46,628 nt of DNA from a virus: the IMG/VR virus record IMGVR_UViG_3300034032_000007, positions 1 to 46,628 of that record, one strand, 5' to 3'. The position numbers were made by a program, and so were the translations under genes. Below are positions 9,174-18,127 of this stretch, one piece after another (the first letter of the stretch is position 1; each line of letters begins with the position of its first letter). The notes below the pieces were generated by a model. The model made no database searches. It had not been told where the DNA came from and was given only the letters and a program-made list of their open reading frames with translations.

Positions 9174-9841
9174 TGAACGAGCTGATCACTGCTGACGTAC
9201 AGAAGCTTGAACCCGGTGCGCTGGTCACGCTCTTTGAGCTGGATGCGTCCGAGTGGAACGGTGGCGTGCTGCGCTTCCACGGGATGTTCAACGGACCCGT
9301 GTTTTTCAAAGGGCTTGAGTTCTTTCCGTTCCCGGTGGAAGCGGAAGGCTTTGAGCGCACGAGTTCGCAGCAGCCTGTTCCAGTGCTGCGCGTGGGCAAC
9401 GTCAACGGCGCTATCTCCACGCTGTGCCAGATGTACGGCGATCTGCTGGGTGCGAAGTTCACCCGGCGACGCACGTTCGCTCGATACCTGGACGGCCAGC
9501 CTGACGCCAATACGCAAGCCGAGTTCACGCCTGACATTTACTTCGTTGACCGCAAGGCCAACGAGGACAATGTGATGGTGGCATTTGAGCTGGCATCGGT
9601 GCTGGACTTTGAAGGGCAGCAGCTTCCCGGTCGGCAAGTCCTCGCTGACTACTGCCCGTTCACCTATCGCGGCGAGGGCTGCATGTACGCCGGTCCACCT
9701 GTTGCCAAGGCCGACAACACGCCCACGAGTGATCCCGCGTTGGATCGCTGCGGCAAGCGCCTGAGTTCATGCGAGCTGCGCATCTGGCCGGATGACATCA
9801 AGAACTTTGGCGGTGCGCCGGCAGCGGGGCTCGCGCGCTGA
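9173..9841 (+). CDS. minor tail protein (lambda gpL-like)
   Basis: The Cys cluster CPFTYRGEGCMYAG...DRCGKRLSSC and NFGG closely parallel lambda L (CTWTYRGDECGYSG...KCSKCLSGC...NFGG). Confidence 0.9.
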   Translation: MNELITADVQKLEPGALVTLFELDASEWNGGVLRFHGMFNGPVFFKGLEFFPFPVEAEGFERTSSQQPVPVLRVGNVNGAISTLCQMYGDLLGAKFTRRRTFARYLDGQPDANTQAEFTPDIYFVDRKANEDNVMVAFELASVLDFEGQQLPGRQVLADYCPFTYRGEGCMYAGPPVAKADNTPTSDPALDRCGKRLSSCELRIWPDDIKNFGGAPAAGLAR

Positions 9842-10587
9842 TGGACGACAAGGCGCTAGCTGAGTTCAAGGCGCATGCCATCGCTGAGTACCCGCGCGAA
9901 TGCTGCGGCGTGGTGGTCATCTGGAAGGGCAAGTACCGCTACATCCGCTGCCACAACCTTGCGCAAAGCGGCGATCAGTTCACGATGTCCGATGAGGACT
10001 TCACCAACGCAGCGGACCTTGGCGAGATTGTCGCCATCTGCCACTCGCATCCCAACGCACCACCGCAACCGAGTCAGGCCGATCTTGTCGAGTGCGAGAA
10101 CGCCGAGCTGTACGAATGGCACATCATCAATGTGCATGTGAACGATAACGGACAAGTGGAGTGCGGTGCCATGCATAGCTTCAATCCCAGCGGCTACGCT
10201 GCGCCCTTGGTGGGCCGGCGCTTCCACCACGGCACGTTGGACTGCTTTACGCTGATCCGCGACTACTACGCCACGGAACACGGCATCGAGATACCCAACT
10301 TCGCGCGCGAGGATAATTGGTGGAACAACGGGCAGAACCTGTACCGTGACAACTTCCAACGCGCCGGCTTCCGTGAGCTTACGGATGCCGAGGACGTGCA
10401 GGTTGGCGATGTGTTCCTGATGACGATTCGTTCGCCCGTCGAGAACCATGCGGCGGTCTATATCGGCGATGGTATGATCCTGCATCACTTCTGGGGTCGC
10501 CTTTCCAGCCGTGACCCGTACTTGGGGTACTGGCGCGAGAACACCACCGTGGCACTTCGACACAAGGACTTGACCAATGCGCAGTGA
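9841..10587 (+). CDS. tail tip assembly protein (lambda gpK-like, MPN/JAB + NlpC/P60)
   Basis: N-terminal EYPRECCG...HSHPNAPPQPSQADL (JAB/MPN metalloprotease motif). The C-terminal half resembles NlpC/P60. It follows the L-like gene. Confidence 0.85.
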   Translation: MDDKALAEFKAHAIAEYPRECCGVVVIWKGKYRYIRCHNLAQSGDQFTMSDEDFTNAADLGEIVAICHSHPNAPPQPSQADLVECENAELYEWHIINVHVNDNGQVECGAMHSFNPSGYAAPLVGRRFHHGTLDCFTLIRDYYATEHGIEIPNFAREDNWWNNGQNLYRDNFQRAGFRELTDAEDVQVGDVFLMTIRSPVENHAAVYIGDGMILHHFWGRLSSRDPYLGYWRENTTVALRHKDLTNAQ

Positions 10588-11314
10588 GTTGTCTAGCACC
10601 GTAAGCGGTGTGTTGGGCACGGAGCTTGACCCGGAGCTGCGCGCCATCCGCCTGTACGGCAAGCTGGGGGCGATGTTCGGTCGCCTGCACTATCTCGCCG
10701 TGTCCAGTCTGTGCGAGGCGGTGCATGCACTCAGCATGATGCTGCCCGGGTTCAAGGACTACATGACGCGAGCGCACGACAAGGGCGTGGCATTCGCTGT
10801 GTTCTACGGCAAGCGCAACCTGTCGGAACAGGAGCTGTTGTTGGAAGGTGCGGGCGACATCCGCATCGCGCCGGTCATCCGTGGCCGCAAGAACGGCAGC
10901 GTGTTCCAGATCATCTTGGGCGTGGCGCTGATCGCGGTAGCAGCGTTCTTTACCGCAGGCGCGGCGCTCTCAGTGTTCAGCGCGGGTGGCTTGTGGGGCG
11001 CGGTGGCCACGATGGGCCTGTCTATGGTCATCGGCGGCGTGGTCGGCTTGCTGACGCCCGTACCCAGGCTGGAAGTCAACGAGCGACCCGAGAACACGCC
11101 GTCATCCGTGTTTGACGGCCCGGTCAATACGACGGCGCAAGGCCACCCGTTCCCCGTCCTGTACGGCGAGCTTTTCATCGGCAGCGCGGTTCTCTCCGCA
11201 GGCATCCACACAGAGGATGCGGCAATCATTCCCGCCAACACCAACACGACCGGCAGCAACGGTAGTTTCGGTGGCGGCTCCGCACCGTGGCATCTTGAGA
11301 GGTACGCGCAATGA
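10577..11314 (+). CDS. tail assembly protein (lambda gpI-like)
   Basis: N-terminal ubiquitin-like segment (IRLYGKLGAMFG...), a central hydrophobic Gly/Ala-rich stretch, and PFPVLYGELFIGS. It lies between the K-like and J-like genes. Confidence 0.8.
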   Translation: MRSELSSTVSGVLGTELDPELRAIRLYGKLGAMFGRLHYLAVSSLCEAVHALSMMLPGFKDYMTRAHDKGVAFAVFYGKRNLSEQELLLEGAGDIRIAPVIRGRKNGSVFQIILGVALIAVAAFFTAGAALSVFSAGGLWGAVATMGLSMVIGGVVGLLTPVPRLEVNERPENTPSSVFDGPVNTTAQGHPFPVLYGELFIGSAVLSAGIHTEDAAIIPANTNTTGSNGSFGGGSAPWHLERYAQ

Positions 11315-14300
11315 CGATTCGCGGTGCAGGCGGTGGCAAGAGCGGTGGCAAGCCACGTACACCTATCGAGGCTCCCGATAGCCTCCGTAGCGTGTCGTTT
11401 GCGCGCGTGTTGGATTTGCTCAGCGAGGGCGAAGTGTTCGGGCCGGTTGACCCGTTGCATCCGCTGCGCTGCATCTATCTCAATGAAACGCCCATCGAGA
11501 ATAGCGATGGCACCATGAATTTCAAATCCGTGCAGGTCGAGATTCGCACGGGTACTCAGGTGCAGGACTACATCAAGGGCTTTGAAAGCACCGAGAACGA
11601 AAACCCTGTCAACGTCGAAATCACTAGCGATCAGTCGTGGACGCAGAATTTCGTCAACACGGATGTGGACGCAGTGCGCATTCGGCTCAGCACGCCATCG
11701 CTCTACATCATCAATACCGAAAACGGCGATCAGACCGGGCACAGCTTCAGCTATGCCATCGACATGAATGTTGACGGTGGCGGCTTCGTCACCAAGTTTG
11801 AGAGCGCGGTCACCGGCAAGACCACGAGCAAGTATCAGCGGTCGCATCGCGTCGAGCTGCCCAAGTTCACGACCGGCGTTCAGTTGCGTGTGCGTCGCAC
11901 GTCGCCGTCGTCCAACAAGAGCAACATCAGTGACGGCAGCTTCATTGATGCGTTCGCCGAGCTGGTAGACGTGAAGCTGCGCTATCCGATGAGCGCATTG
12001 GTCGGGCTCACGCTTGCGGCCGAGCAGTTCAGTTCGGTGCCCTCGCGTGCGTATCACTGGAAAGGTCGGCTCATCAAGGTGCCGATTAATTACAACCCGG
12101 AAACCCGGCAGTACACCGGGCTGTGGAACGGCACGTTCAAGACGGCGTACAGCAACAATCCGGCGTGGGCGTTCTATGACATGGCGACCAACACGCGCTA
12201 TGGCCTGGGCAAGCGCGTGCCGGCTGCGATGGTGGACAAGTGGACCCTGTACGCCATCGGCCAGTATTGCGATGAGCTGGTGCCCGATGGTTTCGGCAAC
12301 ATGGAGCCCCGCTTTACCTGCAATATGTACCTTCAGACCCGCAATGATGCGACCAAGACCATGCAGGACATGGCGACGGTGTTTCGCGGGATGATGTACG
12401 TGGCGGGCGGCACGCTGGTGCCCTCGTGCGACAAGCCCGCTGACGTGCGCTATCACTTCGCACCGGCCAACGTGATCGACGGCAAGTTCACGTACATGGG
12501 CAGCAGCCAGAAGGCGCGGCATACGCTGGCGCTTGTGTCGTGGAATGACATGAGCAATTTCGGCAGGCAGAAAATCGAGCCGGTGCAGGCAGACGATGCC
12601 GCCATTGCACGGTTCGGCATCCGGCAGATCGAAGTGGCCGCGCTGGGCTGCACGTCGCGTGGGCAGGCGCACCGCCTGGGCAAGTACATCCTGCTGACCG
12701 AGCAGTACGAAACGGATACCGTCACTTTCGATGTTGGCCTTGAGGGCAACATACCGGCACCCGGCGACATCATCGAGATTGCGGACCCGCTGCGTGCAGG
12801 TTCACGCATGGGCGGCCGCGTGTTGGTCAGCGGGCTCAGCACTCTCACGCTTGATGAAGTGCCGGATGTGGTGGGCAACGGCGACGTGTTCAAGGTGATT
12901 CTGCCCAACGGCATGCCCGAAACGCGCACCATCACCGGCTTTGATCTTGTGGCCAACACGGTCACGCTGAATGCGCCGCTGAGCGCCGAGCCAGTGCGGC
13001 ATGCCGTGTGGCTCATCGAAAGCGCGAGCATCAACGCGCAGACCTTCCGCGTGCTGGCCGTGGCCGAGAAACCCGGTATCCAATTCTCCATCACCGCGTT
13101 GCAGTACGTGCCCAGCAAGTTCGGAGCGATCGAGCTGGGATTGAGCATTGACGAGCCACCCATCGGCAGCAACGGTGACATTCCCGACGCCATCACCGGA
13201 CTCAGGCTCACGAGCTTCATGCGCTACGGGCACAACATCGCCTTCAACGTACTGAACGCGGATTGGGAGAACGCCAAGAACGCATCGCGCTACGGTATCC
13301 AGTGGCGCAAGAACAATGGCCCGTGGACGACTCCGCAAAAGGTGACGGACAGCAACTTCGACTTTGAAGGTCCGTTTGCTGGCACGTATGTGTGCCGCGT
13401 GTGGGGCGAGAACTTCATGGGCATCCCTGGCCCGAGCGTGCAGTCAGACCCGTTCGTGGTGACCAACGCCGTGATGCCGGCGCGCGAGCTGAGCATTGGC
13501 GAGGGCGGCGTGGTGGACGTGGACTGCAACTTCGTCCAGTTCGTGCTGGTGCTTACCCAGAACGTCACGCGCTTCAACTTCATCAACGTGGGTCCGCAGG
13601 ACTCCATCATTGTCGATATTCGCAACACGGGGAATTTCACCGTTAATTTTGGCAACAAGGTCATTCCCATCGAGGGCTTCCAGTTCACGATGCCGCAGGG
13701 TGAGGGCGCGTTTGCCGTAATCGGCATGACCACGATGGATGCCGGCGTTTCCTGGCTGCTAAAGACCGCCGCACAGACCGCCAACGACATCTACCCGCCG
13801 CTGATCGCCACCATCAACCCGAGCCCCGCCAGCGGGACGTGGAGCGTGCCCAACAGCGGCCCCGGTGCCCCGAGCGTGCAGGTTGCCGCCAGTGCTGAAG
13901 GTGGCGATGGCACGTACAGCCACGAGTGGTTCCGTGTCGATGGCGAGGGTGGCGACAATTTCCTGATCAGCAACGCGGCAGTCACCAACCCGACCTTCAG
14001 CATCCCGGCCGGCACTACGGCTTACGGCGGCACCCAGACGTGGCGCTATCGCGTTACGGACGGACTGTTGGCGCAAGGCACCGCCGACGTGTCCATCACG
14101 CTCACGCGCGCCGTGGCAACGCCGTTCGGTATCAGTACCGCCAGCAGCCATAGCGGTTCGTGCTTCGCCAACGCCGGTCAGAACGTGGGTTGCTCGCCGA
14201 CCACTGAAGTGCAGATCGCGGTGGTGGGTGCCACCTATCCGATTACGTGGAGCATCACGCGCACGGATGGCTTGGCGCAGAACGTCGGGCAAGGCGTCAA

Positions 14301-14460
14301 CCCGCAGACGGCTGGCAACCTGTTCGCAAGTTTCTCGCTGTCGTCGGGCACGTCCAATGCCGAGCGCCAAGCCACGTACCGCGTGGACGCAACCGACGCA
14401 CTTGGCACGCCGGCATCCTGCACGTTCACGGTCAATCTCGCGCGGAGCAATGAGCTGTGA
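11311..14460 (+). CDS. central tail fibre / host specificity protein (lambda gpJ-like)
   Basis: 1049 aa. The N-terminus GGGKSGGKPRTPIEAPDSLRSVSFARVLDLLSEGEV parallels lambda J. It has an FN3-like segment (YGIQWRKNNGPW) and two Ig-like C-terminal modules. Confidence 0.9.
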   Translation: MTIRGAGGGKSGGKPRTPIEAPDSLRSVSFARVLDLLSEGEVFGPVDPLHPLRCIYLNETPIENSDGTMNFKSVQVEIRTGTQVQDYIKGFESTENENPVNVEITSDQSWTQNFVNTDVDAVRIRLSTPSLYIINTENGDQTGHSFSYAIDMNVDGGGFVTKFESAVTGKTTSKYQRSHRVELPKFTTGVQLRVRRTSPSSNKSNISDGSFIDAFAELVDVKLRYPMSALVGLTLAAEQFSSVPSRAYHWKGRLIKVPINYNPETRQYTGLWNGTFKTAYSNNPAWAFYDMATNTRYGLGKRVPAAMVDKWTLYAIGQYCDELVPDGFGNMEPRFTCNMYLQTRNDATKTMQDMATVFRGMMYVAGGTLVPSCDKPADVRYHFAPANVIDGKFTYMGSSQKARHTLALVSWNDMSNFGRQKIEPVQADDAAIARFGIRQIEVAALGCTSRGQAHRLGKYILLTEQYETDTVTFDVGLEGNIPAPGDIIEIADPLRAGSRMGGRVLVSGLSTLTLDEVPDVVGNGDVFKVILPNGMPETRTITGFDLVANTVTLNAPLSAEPVRHAVWLIESASINAQTFRVLAVAEKPGIQFSITALQYVPSKFGAIELGLSIDEPPIGSNGDIPDAITGLRLTSFMRYGHNIAFNVLNADWENAKNASRYGIQWRKNNGPWTTPQKVTDSNFDFEGPFAGTYVCRVWGENFMGIPGPSVQSDPFVVTNAVMPARELSIGEGGVVDVDCNFVQFVLVLTQNVTRFNFINVGPQDSIIVDIRNTGNFTVNFGNKVIPIEGFQFTMPQGEGAFAVIGMTTMDAGVSWLLKTAAQTANDIYPPLIATINPSPASGTWSVPNSGPGAPSVQVAASAEGGDGTYSHEWFRVDGEGGDNFLISNAAVTNPTFSIPAGTTAYGGTQTWRYRVTDGLLAQGTADVSITLTRAVATPFGISTASSHSGSCFANAGQNVGCSPTTEVQIAVVGATYPITWSITRTDGLAQNVGQGVNPQTAGNLFASFSLSSGTSNAERQATYRVDATDALGTPASCTFTVNLARSNEL

Positions 14461-16739
14461 TCGGCTCCAACCACCGAATGTTCTTTACGCTGCTGGGCGG
14501 TGCTACCGCCATGCTGGCACTACCACCTACTGATGAGGAAGATACCGTGCGCAGCTTGGTTGACTTGGGATTGATGGAAAAGGTTTGGGAGTATCAGAAC
14601 CCCGGTGGCGAGCCAATCTATTCGTCGCCTATCGGCCCGGTCACGGTGTATGCCGGCAGCGGCGGCATCGCCAACCAAGCGCCGGCAGTGATGTTCACTT
14701 CCTGGGATTGGTACGTGTATGCGCTCGACGTACACACGGGTGCGCTAATGCAGCGCCAGCCGTTCAATCTCAACATCTACGGCCGCGTGCAGGTTGGTGA
14801 TGTCAACAACGACGGCTACAACGAAATCTTTGCGCCGTGCCATAGTGGTTTCATCCGCTCGATGAATTCCGACTTGACGTACCGTTGGGAGTTCTACAGC
14901 GTGTACGACCGTGAGGCAAACGGAGCGATCACGGGTGCGGGTGTCGATTCGTTCACCGACACGACTCGCAACTGGCCGACCAACACGTTCATGCGCCGCA
15001 CAACCGCGCCGTTTACGGTCAATGCTTACGTGCGCTTCCTGAGTGGGGCTAACGCATTCGTTCCGGGCACGGCCGATCCCAACACGGGCATTGCCCCCAC
15101 TGACCGGCATGTGGCGGCATGCAGCGGCAACAGCATCACTGTCTCGGAGCCCTGGGCAGTGCAGCCCGGTGCAGGCGATTCCTACATCGTTCTGCCGCGC
15201 TATACGTCGGACAAGATTTTCATGCACGCCGGTCAGTTGGTAAAGCTGTCATCTACGGATTGGCGTTTGTTCTGCACCGGCTTTGACAACATGGTGTATT
15301 GCCTTAACGCCAACACGGGTGCGCTCATCTGGCAGTACGCCACTCTTGAAAACATCGAGCCCTACCCGCTGGTGCTTTACAACGATGGCACCTTGCGCGT
15401 GTACGCGGTAAGCATCGACGGCAAGACCCGGTGCTTTGACGGCAACGACGGCACGCTGTTGTGGGAAGCGGACACGGGACAGTGCGACGCCTTCATCAAC
15501 GCCGTGGGTGAAGCGGGTGCGCTCGATACGGACGTTTACGTGTCGTCCCGCAGGGGTCGCGTGTATCGAGTGAACGCCAATTTCGGCACGCGCGAGGCGC
15601 AGTCAACGGAAACCCGAGCGTGGGATTACGGCGACATTGATTCGTCCGCGCTGCCATTCCAGTTGACGGGCACCACCAACGAAGCGGGCCGGCGCGTGGT
15701 GGTCGGTGGCGATTCGGGGTCGGTGTATTGCTTCGACAACAATCTCAACACGATGTGGGCTCAGCCTGCCGCGCCTACCGCGATCAATTCATCGCCGGTC
15801 ATCCACAACGTGACGGGCAAGAACAATGAGCTGGCGGTGCTTCTGGCCGACATGCGCGGCACCGTGCATTGCTATGACGTGGCCACTGGCAAGTCCATCG
15901 GCAAGCTGTACCACAAGGGTGGGATCGAGGGCTACCCGTACTACGGCGACATCGACGGTGATGGAAAGATCGAGCTGATCACCACGACAACGGACGGCAT
16001 CGTGACGTGCTGGCGCTTCCTGAAGGGCGCCGAGTACATCCACACGTCGAAGCCGGGCAATGATCGCTGGAAGGGGCACATTGCGGTGCCGGTCAGCAAC
16101 AATGATCCGCTCGCGGCATTCGTGGTGGCCGATCACGATTTCACGGGCTCACTGACGGCAGACGAAACAGGCAACACCTGGGCTATCGAAGGCACGCCCA
16201 CGCTTACTGCCAACGGCATGGAAGTATCGGGCGATGAAGGTGTAACGCTGAGCGTCCCAGGTCTTGAGTTGCCTATGGGTTCGTCTACCTTTGAAGTCGT
16301 GGTGCGCATTGATAGCTCCCACGCCGAGGACAGCCGACGCACCATCGGTCAGTTCGGTGAGCTGGGGTCCGGTCTGTCGTGGGTCATGCAGCGCCTGTTT
16401 GGCACGCATGTGTTTGAAATGAGTTCTGGCAGCGGTGGAATCAACGCGGGCGGCAACCGAACCATCCCCACGGGGTACACGCATCTTTGCATTCAGACCG
16501 AATCGGACGGCGGCGTTGGACAACTGGCGTGGCTGTACGTCAACGGCGTGCGCAGCATCAACAGCTTCAACCTGCAACCGTGGCACCGTGAAGTCAGTTT
16601 CCTCCGCTTGGGCTGGGCCACCTACAGCGACAACCCCGACAACAGCAGCAACATTGTGATCCGCCGTTTCCGTTACACGCGCGGCGCATTGCGGTATGCC
16701 ATCGGCGGCTTCACTGTCCCAGCCGACATGACCTATTGA
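14457..16739 (+). CDS. distal tail protein with PQQ/BamB-like beta-propeller, FG-GAP-like Ca-binding motifs and C-terminal LamG/concanavalin-like domain (putative receptor-binding protein)
   Basis: GTGA overlap with the J-like gene. About 7 blade repeats (VYALDVHTGAL, VYCLNANTGALIW, TRCFDGNDGTLLW, VYCFDNNLNTMW, VHCYDVATGKSI, VTCW). DxDxDG motifs (GDVNNDGYNEI, GDIDGDGKIEL). LamG-like C-terminal ~200 aa. The start is uncertain (GTG 14457, ATG 14478 or ATG 14511). Confidence 0.7.
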   Translation: MIGSNHRMFFTLLGGATAMLALPPTDEEDTVRSLVDLGLMEKVWEYQNPGGEPIYSSPIGPVTVYAGSGGIANQAPAVMFTSWDWYVYALDVHTGALMQRQPFNLNIYGRVQVGDVNNDGYNEIFAPCHSGFIRSMNSDLTYRWEFYSVYDREANGAITGAGVDSFTDTTRNWPTNTFMRRTTAPFTVNAYVRFLSGANAFVPGTADPNTGIAPTDRHVAACSGNSITVSEPWAVQPGAGDSYIVLPRYTSDKIFMHAGQLVKLSSTDWRLFCTGFDNMVYCLNANTGALIWQYATLENIEPYPLVLYNDGTLRVYAVSIDGKTRCFDGNDGTLLWEADTGQCDAFINAVGEAGALDTDVYVSSRRGRVYRVNANFGTREAQSTETRAWDYGDIDSSALPFQLTGTTNEAGRRVVVGGDSGSVYCFDNNLNTMWAQPAAPTAINSSPVIHNVTGKNNELAVLLADMRGTVHCYDVATGKSIGKLYHKGGIEGYPYYGDIDGDGKIELITTTTDGIVTCWRFLKGAEYIHTSKPGNDRWKGHIAVPVSNNDPLAAFVVADHDFTGSLTADETGNTWAIEGTPTLTANGMEVSGDEGVTLSVPGLELPMGSSTFEVVVRIDSSHAEDSRRTIGQFGELGSGLSWVMQRLFGTHVFEMSSGSGGINAGGNRTIPTGYTHLCIQTESDGGVGQLAWLYVNGVRSINSFNLQPWHREVSFLRLGWATYSDNPDNSSNIVIRRFRYTRGALRYAIGGFTVPADMTY

Positions 16740-16841
16740 CATCCACGCCCGCGTGGTTATAGTCGAACGCAGGTAAGCACGATATGTTCAACACCTAGCG
16801 CGACACACGCATAGTTGAACCGCTGCACGCAACCTCCATAC

Positions 16842-16871
16842 AACCCTGCCCTGACCGGCAGGGTTTTTCTT
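16842..16871 (+). terminator. rho-independent terminator ending the structural operon
   Basis: AACCCTGCC-ctgacc-GGCAGGGTT, with the T-run continuing as TTTTTCTTT. Confidence 0.8.
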
Positions 16872-16873
16872 TG

Positions 16874-16908
16874 GACAAAAAGAAACCCCGGATGGTAAGT
16901 CCGGGGTT
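16874..16908 (-). terminator. rho-independent terminator for the minus-strand HTH operon
   Basis: On the minus strand: AACCCCGGA-cttacca-TCCGGGGTT followed by TCTTTTTGT. It lies 59 nt downstream of the stop at 16967. Confidence 0.8.
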
Positions 16909-16966
16909 CCCACTTCCTAACGGGGGCGCGGCTGTCCAGGACCGCAAGCCGACATTAAAGCCGCTC

Positions 16967-17302
16967 TCAGTCCTTGTCAACACCGTACAACTGCTTGAGG
17001 CGGATGAGGTCACGCGGCGTGAGCTTCCAGCCGTCCTCGCGCGCTCCGTACAGGCGCAGTTCGGTGGCGTCGAAGCTGTCGAGCTTCATGGCTTCGATGA
17101 ATAGCTCAACCCGTTCTGGCACTATCGCGGCATTGTGGCGGTTGCGCATGAGCGTGCCGGCGTACAGCGGGGTCACACCCAGGATGCGCGAAAGATCGTT
17201 GTGGATGTCGAGCCCATGAAAGCGCAAATGCTCACGCATGATCGAGCGCACAGTACGCGGCCCGGTCGGCTCACTCATCGGTCGGCCTTGTCTGCGCCGC
17301 AT
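16967..17302 (-). CDS. XRE-type helix-turn-helix DNA-binding protein (regulator)
   Basis: 111 aa. The segment LSRILGVTPLYAGTLMRNRHNAAIVPERVELFIEAMKLD resembles a Cro/CI-type HTH. Its start overlaps the upstream stop (TGATG). An alternative start lies at Met9. Confidence 0.6.
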   Translation of the reverse strand: MRRRQGRPMSEPTGPRTVRSIMREHLRFHGLDIHNDLSRILGVTPLYAGTLMRNRHNAAIVPERVELFIEAMKLDSFDATELRLYGAREDGWKLTPRDLIRLKQLYGVDKD

Positions 17303-17496
17303 CAGGATTCTCCCGCAGCGCGTTCAAGTTCGCCAAGGAAGCGGAACGCCTCCATGCGAGTCATGTAGTGAGTGGTGCCACCCAATTCCACCTTTACCGT
17401 ATTGAAGGCCACGCGCGCGGCCTTGATATGCAAGGGGAGTGGTGGCGGTGGTAGTGGCGGCAAGCGCGGCGGCAGTGTTGGTGGTAGCATTGCCAC
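17302..17496 (-). CDS. small hypothetical protein (62-64 aa, Pro-rich N-terminus)
   Basis: GTG 17496 or ATG 17490. It is translationally coupled to the HTH gene, and a promoter-like element sits immediately upstream. No SD is present, so the transcript may be leaderless. Confidence 0.45.
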   Translation of the reverse strand: MAMLPPTLPPRLPPLPPPPLPLHIKAARVAFNTVKVELGGTTHYMTRMEAFRFLGELERAAGES

Positions 17497-17525
17497 AACT
17501 TAACCCCTGACGGAATTGGTGTCAA
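17497..17525 (-). promoter_or_regulatory. sigma70-like promoter TTGACA-N17-TAAGTT (minus strand)
   Basis: The -35 is at 17525..17520 and the -10 at 17502..17497. The -10 ends 6 nt before ATG 17490, which would place the transcription start at or next to the start codon. Confidence 0.4.
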
Positions 17526-17526
17526 C

Positions 17527-18066
17527 ATGCCCTACGCGACAATTACGATTGCCATGCTTACCCTCGTGGTGTATCTGATCGGCAACCCGCGCGCCATGTG
17601 GCTGTCGTCCGACTGGCACTATGGGTTTGAATTCATCACCTATGCGCTGTGCCACGGTGGCAAATTGCATCTGCTGGTGAACCTGCTGGCGCTCATATCG
17701 TTCGGGCCGGCACTGGAAAGACTGTGGGGCCACCGCGTGTTCCTGTTCTGCTATCTGCTGGCCGCTGCGTTCGGCGGCCTGTTGCAGATCAAGCTGCTAC
17801 CTGGGGTGCCGGTGATCGGCGCGAGCGCGGCGCTGCTGGCCCTTTTTGCCGCCTACGCGCTGCGCAAGCCGGATGCCAAGATCGTTAGCCTGTTTGTCGT
17901 GCCGCTGCCCGCATGGGCCGTGCTGGCGCTCTACGTCGGCGTGTCGATGGCAGCGATGTACTTCAACTGGATGCCCGAGGTCAGCCACATATCGCACCTT
18001 GGCGGCATCACCGTAGGCGTGGTGTTCCGCCTCATCGACGGCTATACGACAAAACCCCAAGCGTGA
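17527..18066 (+). CDS. rhomboid-family intramembrane serine protease
   Basis: 179 aa, about 6 TM segments. Motifs in canonical order: H-x4-H-x3-N (CHGGKLHLLVN), FGPALE, catalytic GxSxx (IGASAALLALF), and catalytic His in HLGGITVG. Confidence 0.85.
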   Translation: MPYATITIAMLTLVVYLIGNPRAMWLSSDWHYGFEFITYALCHGGKLHLLVNLLALISFGPALERLWGHRVFLFCYLLAAAFGGLLQIKLLPGVPVIGASAALLALFAAYALRKPDAKIVSLFVVPLPAWAVLALYVGVSMAAMYFNWMPEVSHISHLGGITVGVVFRLIDGYTTKPQA

Positions 18067-18081
18067 GCCTGGGGTTTCGGA
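18052..18081 (-). terminator. possible terminator of the minus-strand replication operon (hairpin spans the rhomboid stop codon)
   Basis: AAACCCCA-N10-TGGGGTTT. On the minus strand the stem is followed by TTTTGTCG. The stem is modest. Confidence 0.4.
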
Positions 18082-18127
18082 GCGCCGGGGTGTCTCTCGA
18101 CATGCCCACCGCTGGTGCAATCCTAGA

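Noticed and set aside
16743-16756. Palindrome CCACGC-cc-GCGTGG just after the propeller gene stop as a terminator or operator.
   Set aside because: The 2-nt loop is too short for a hairpin and there is no U-tract. The strong terminator 90 nt downstream accounts for termination. There is no second copy to suggest a binding site.
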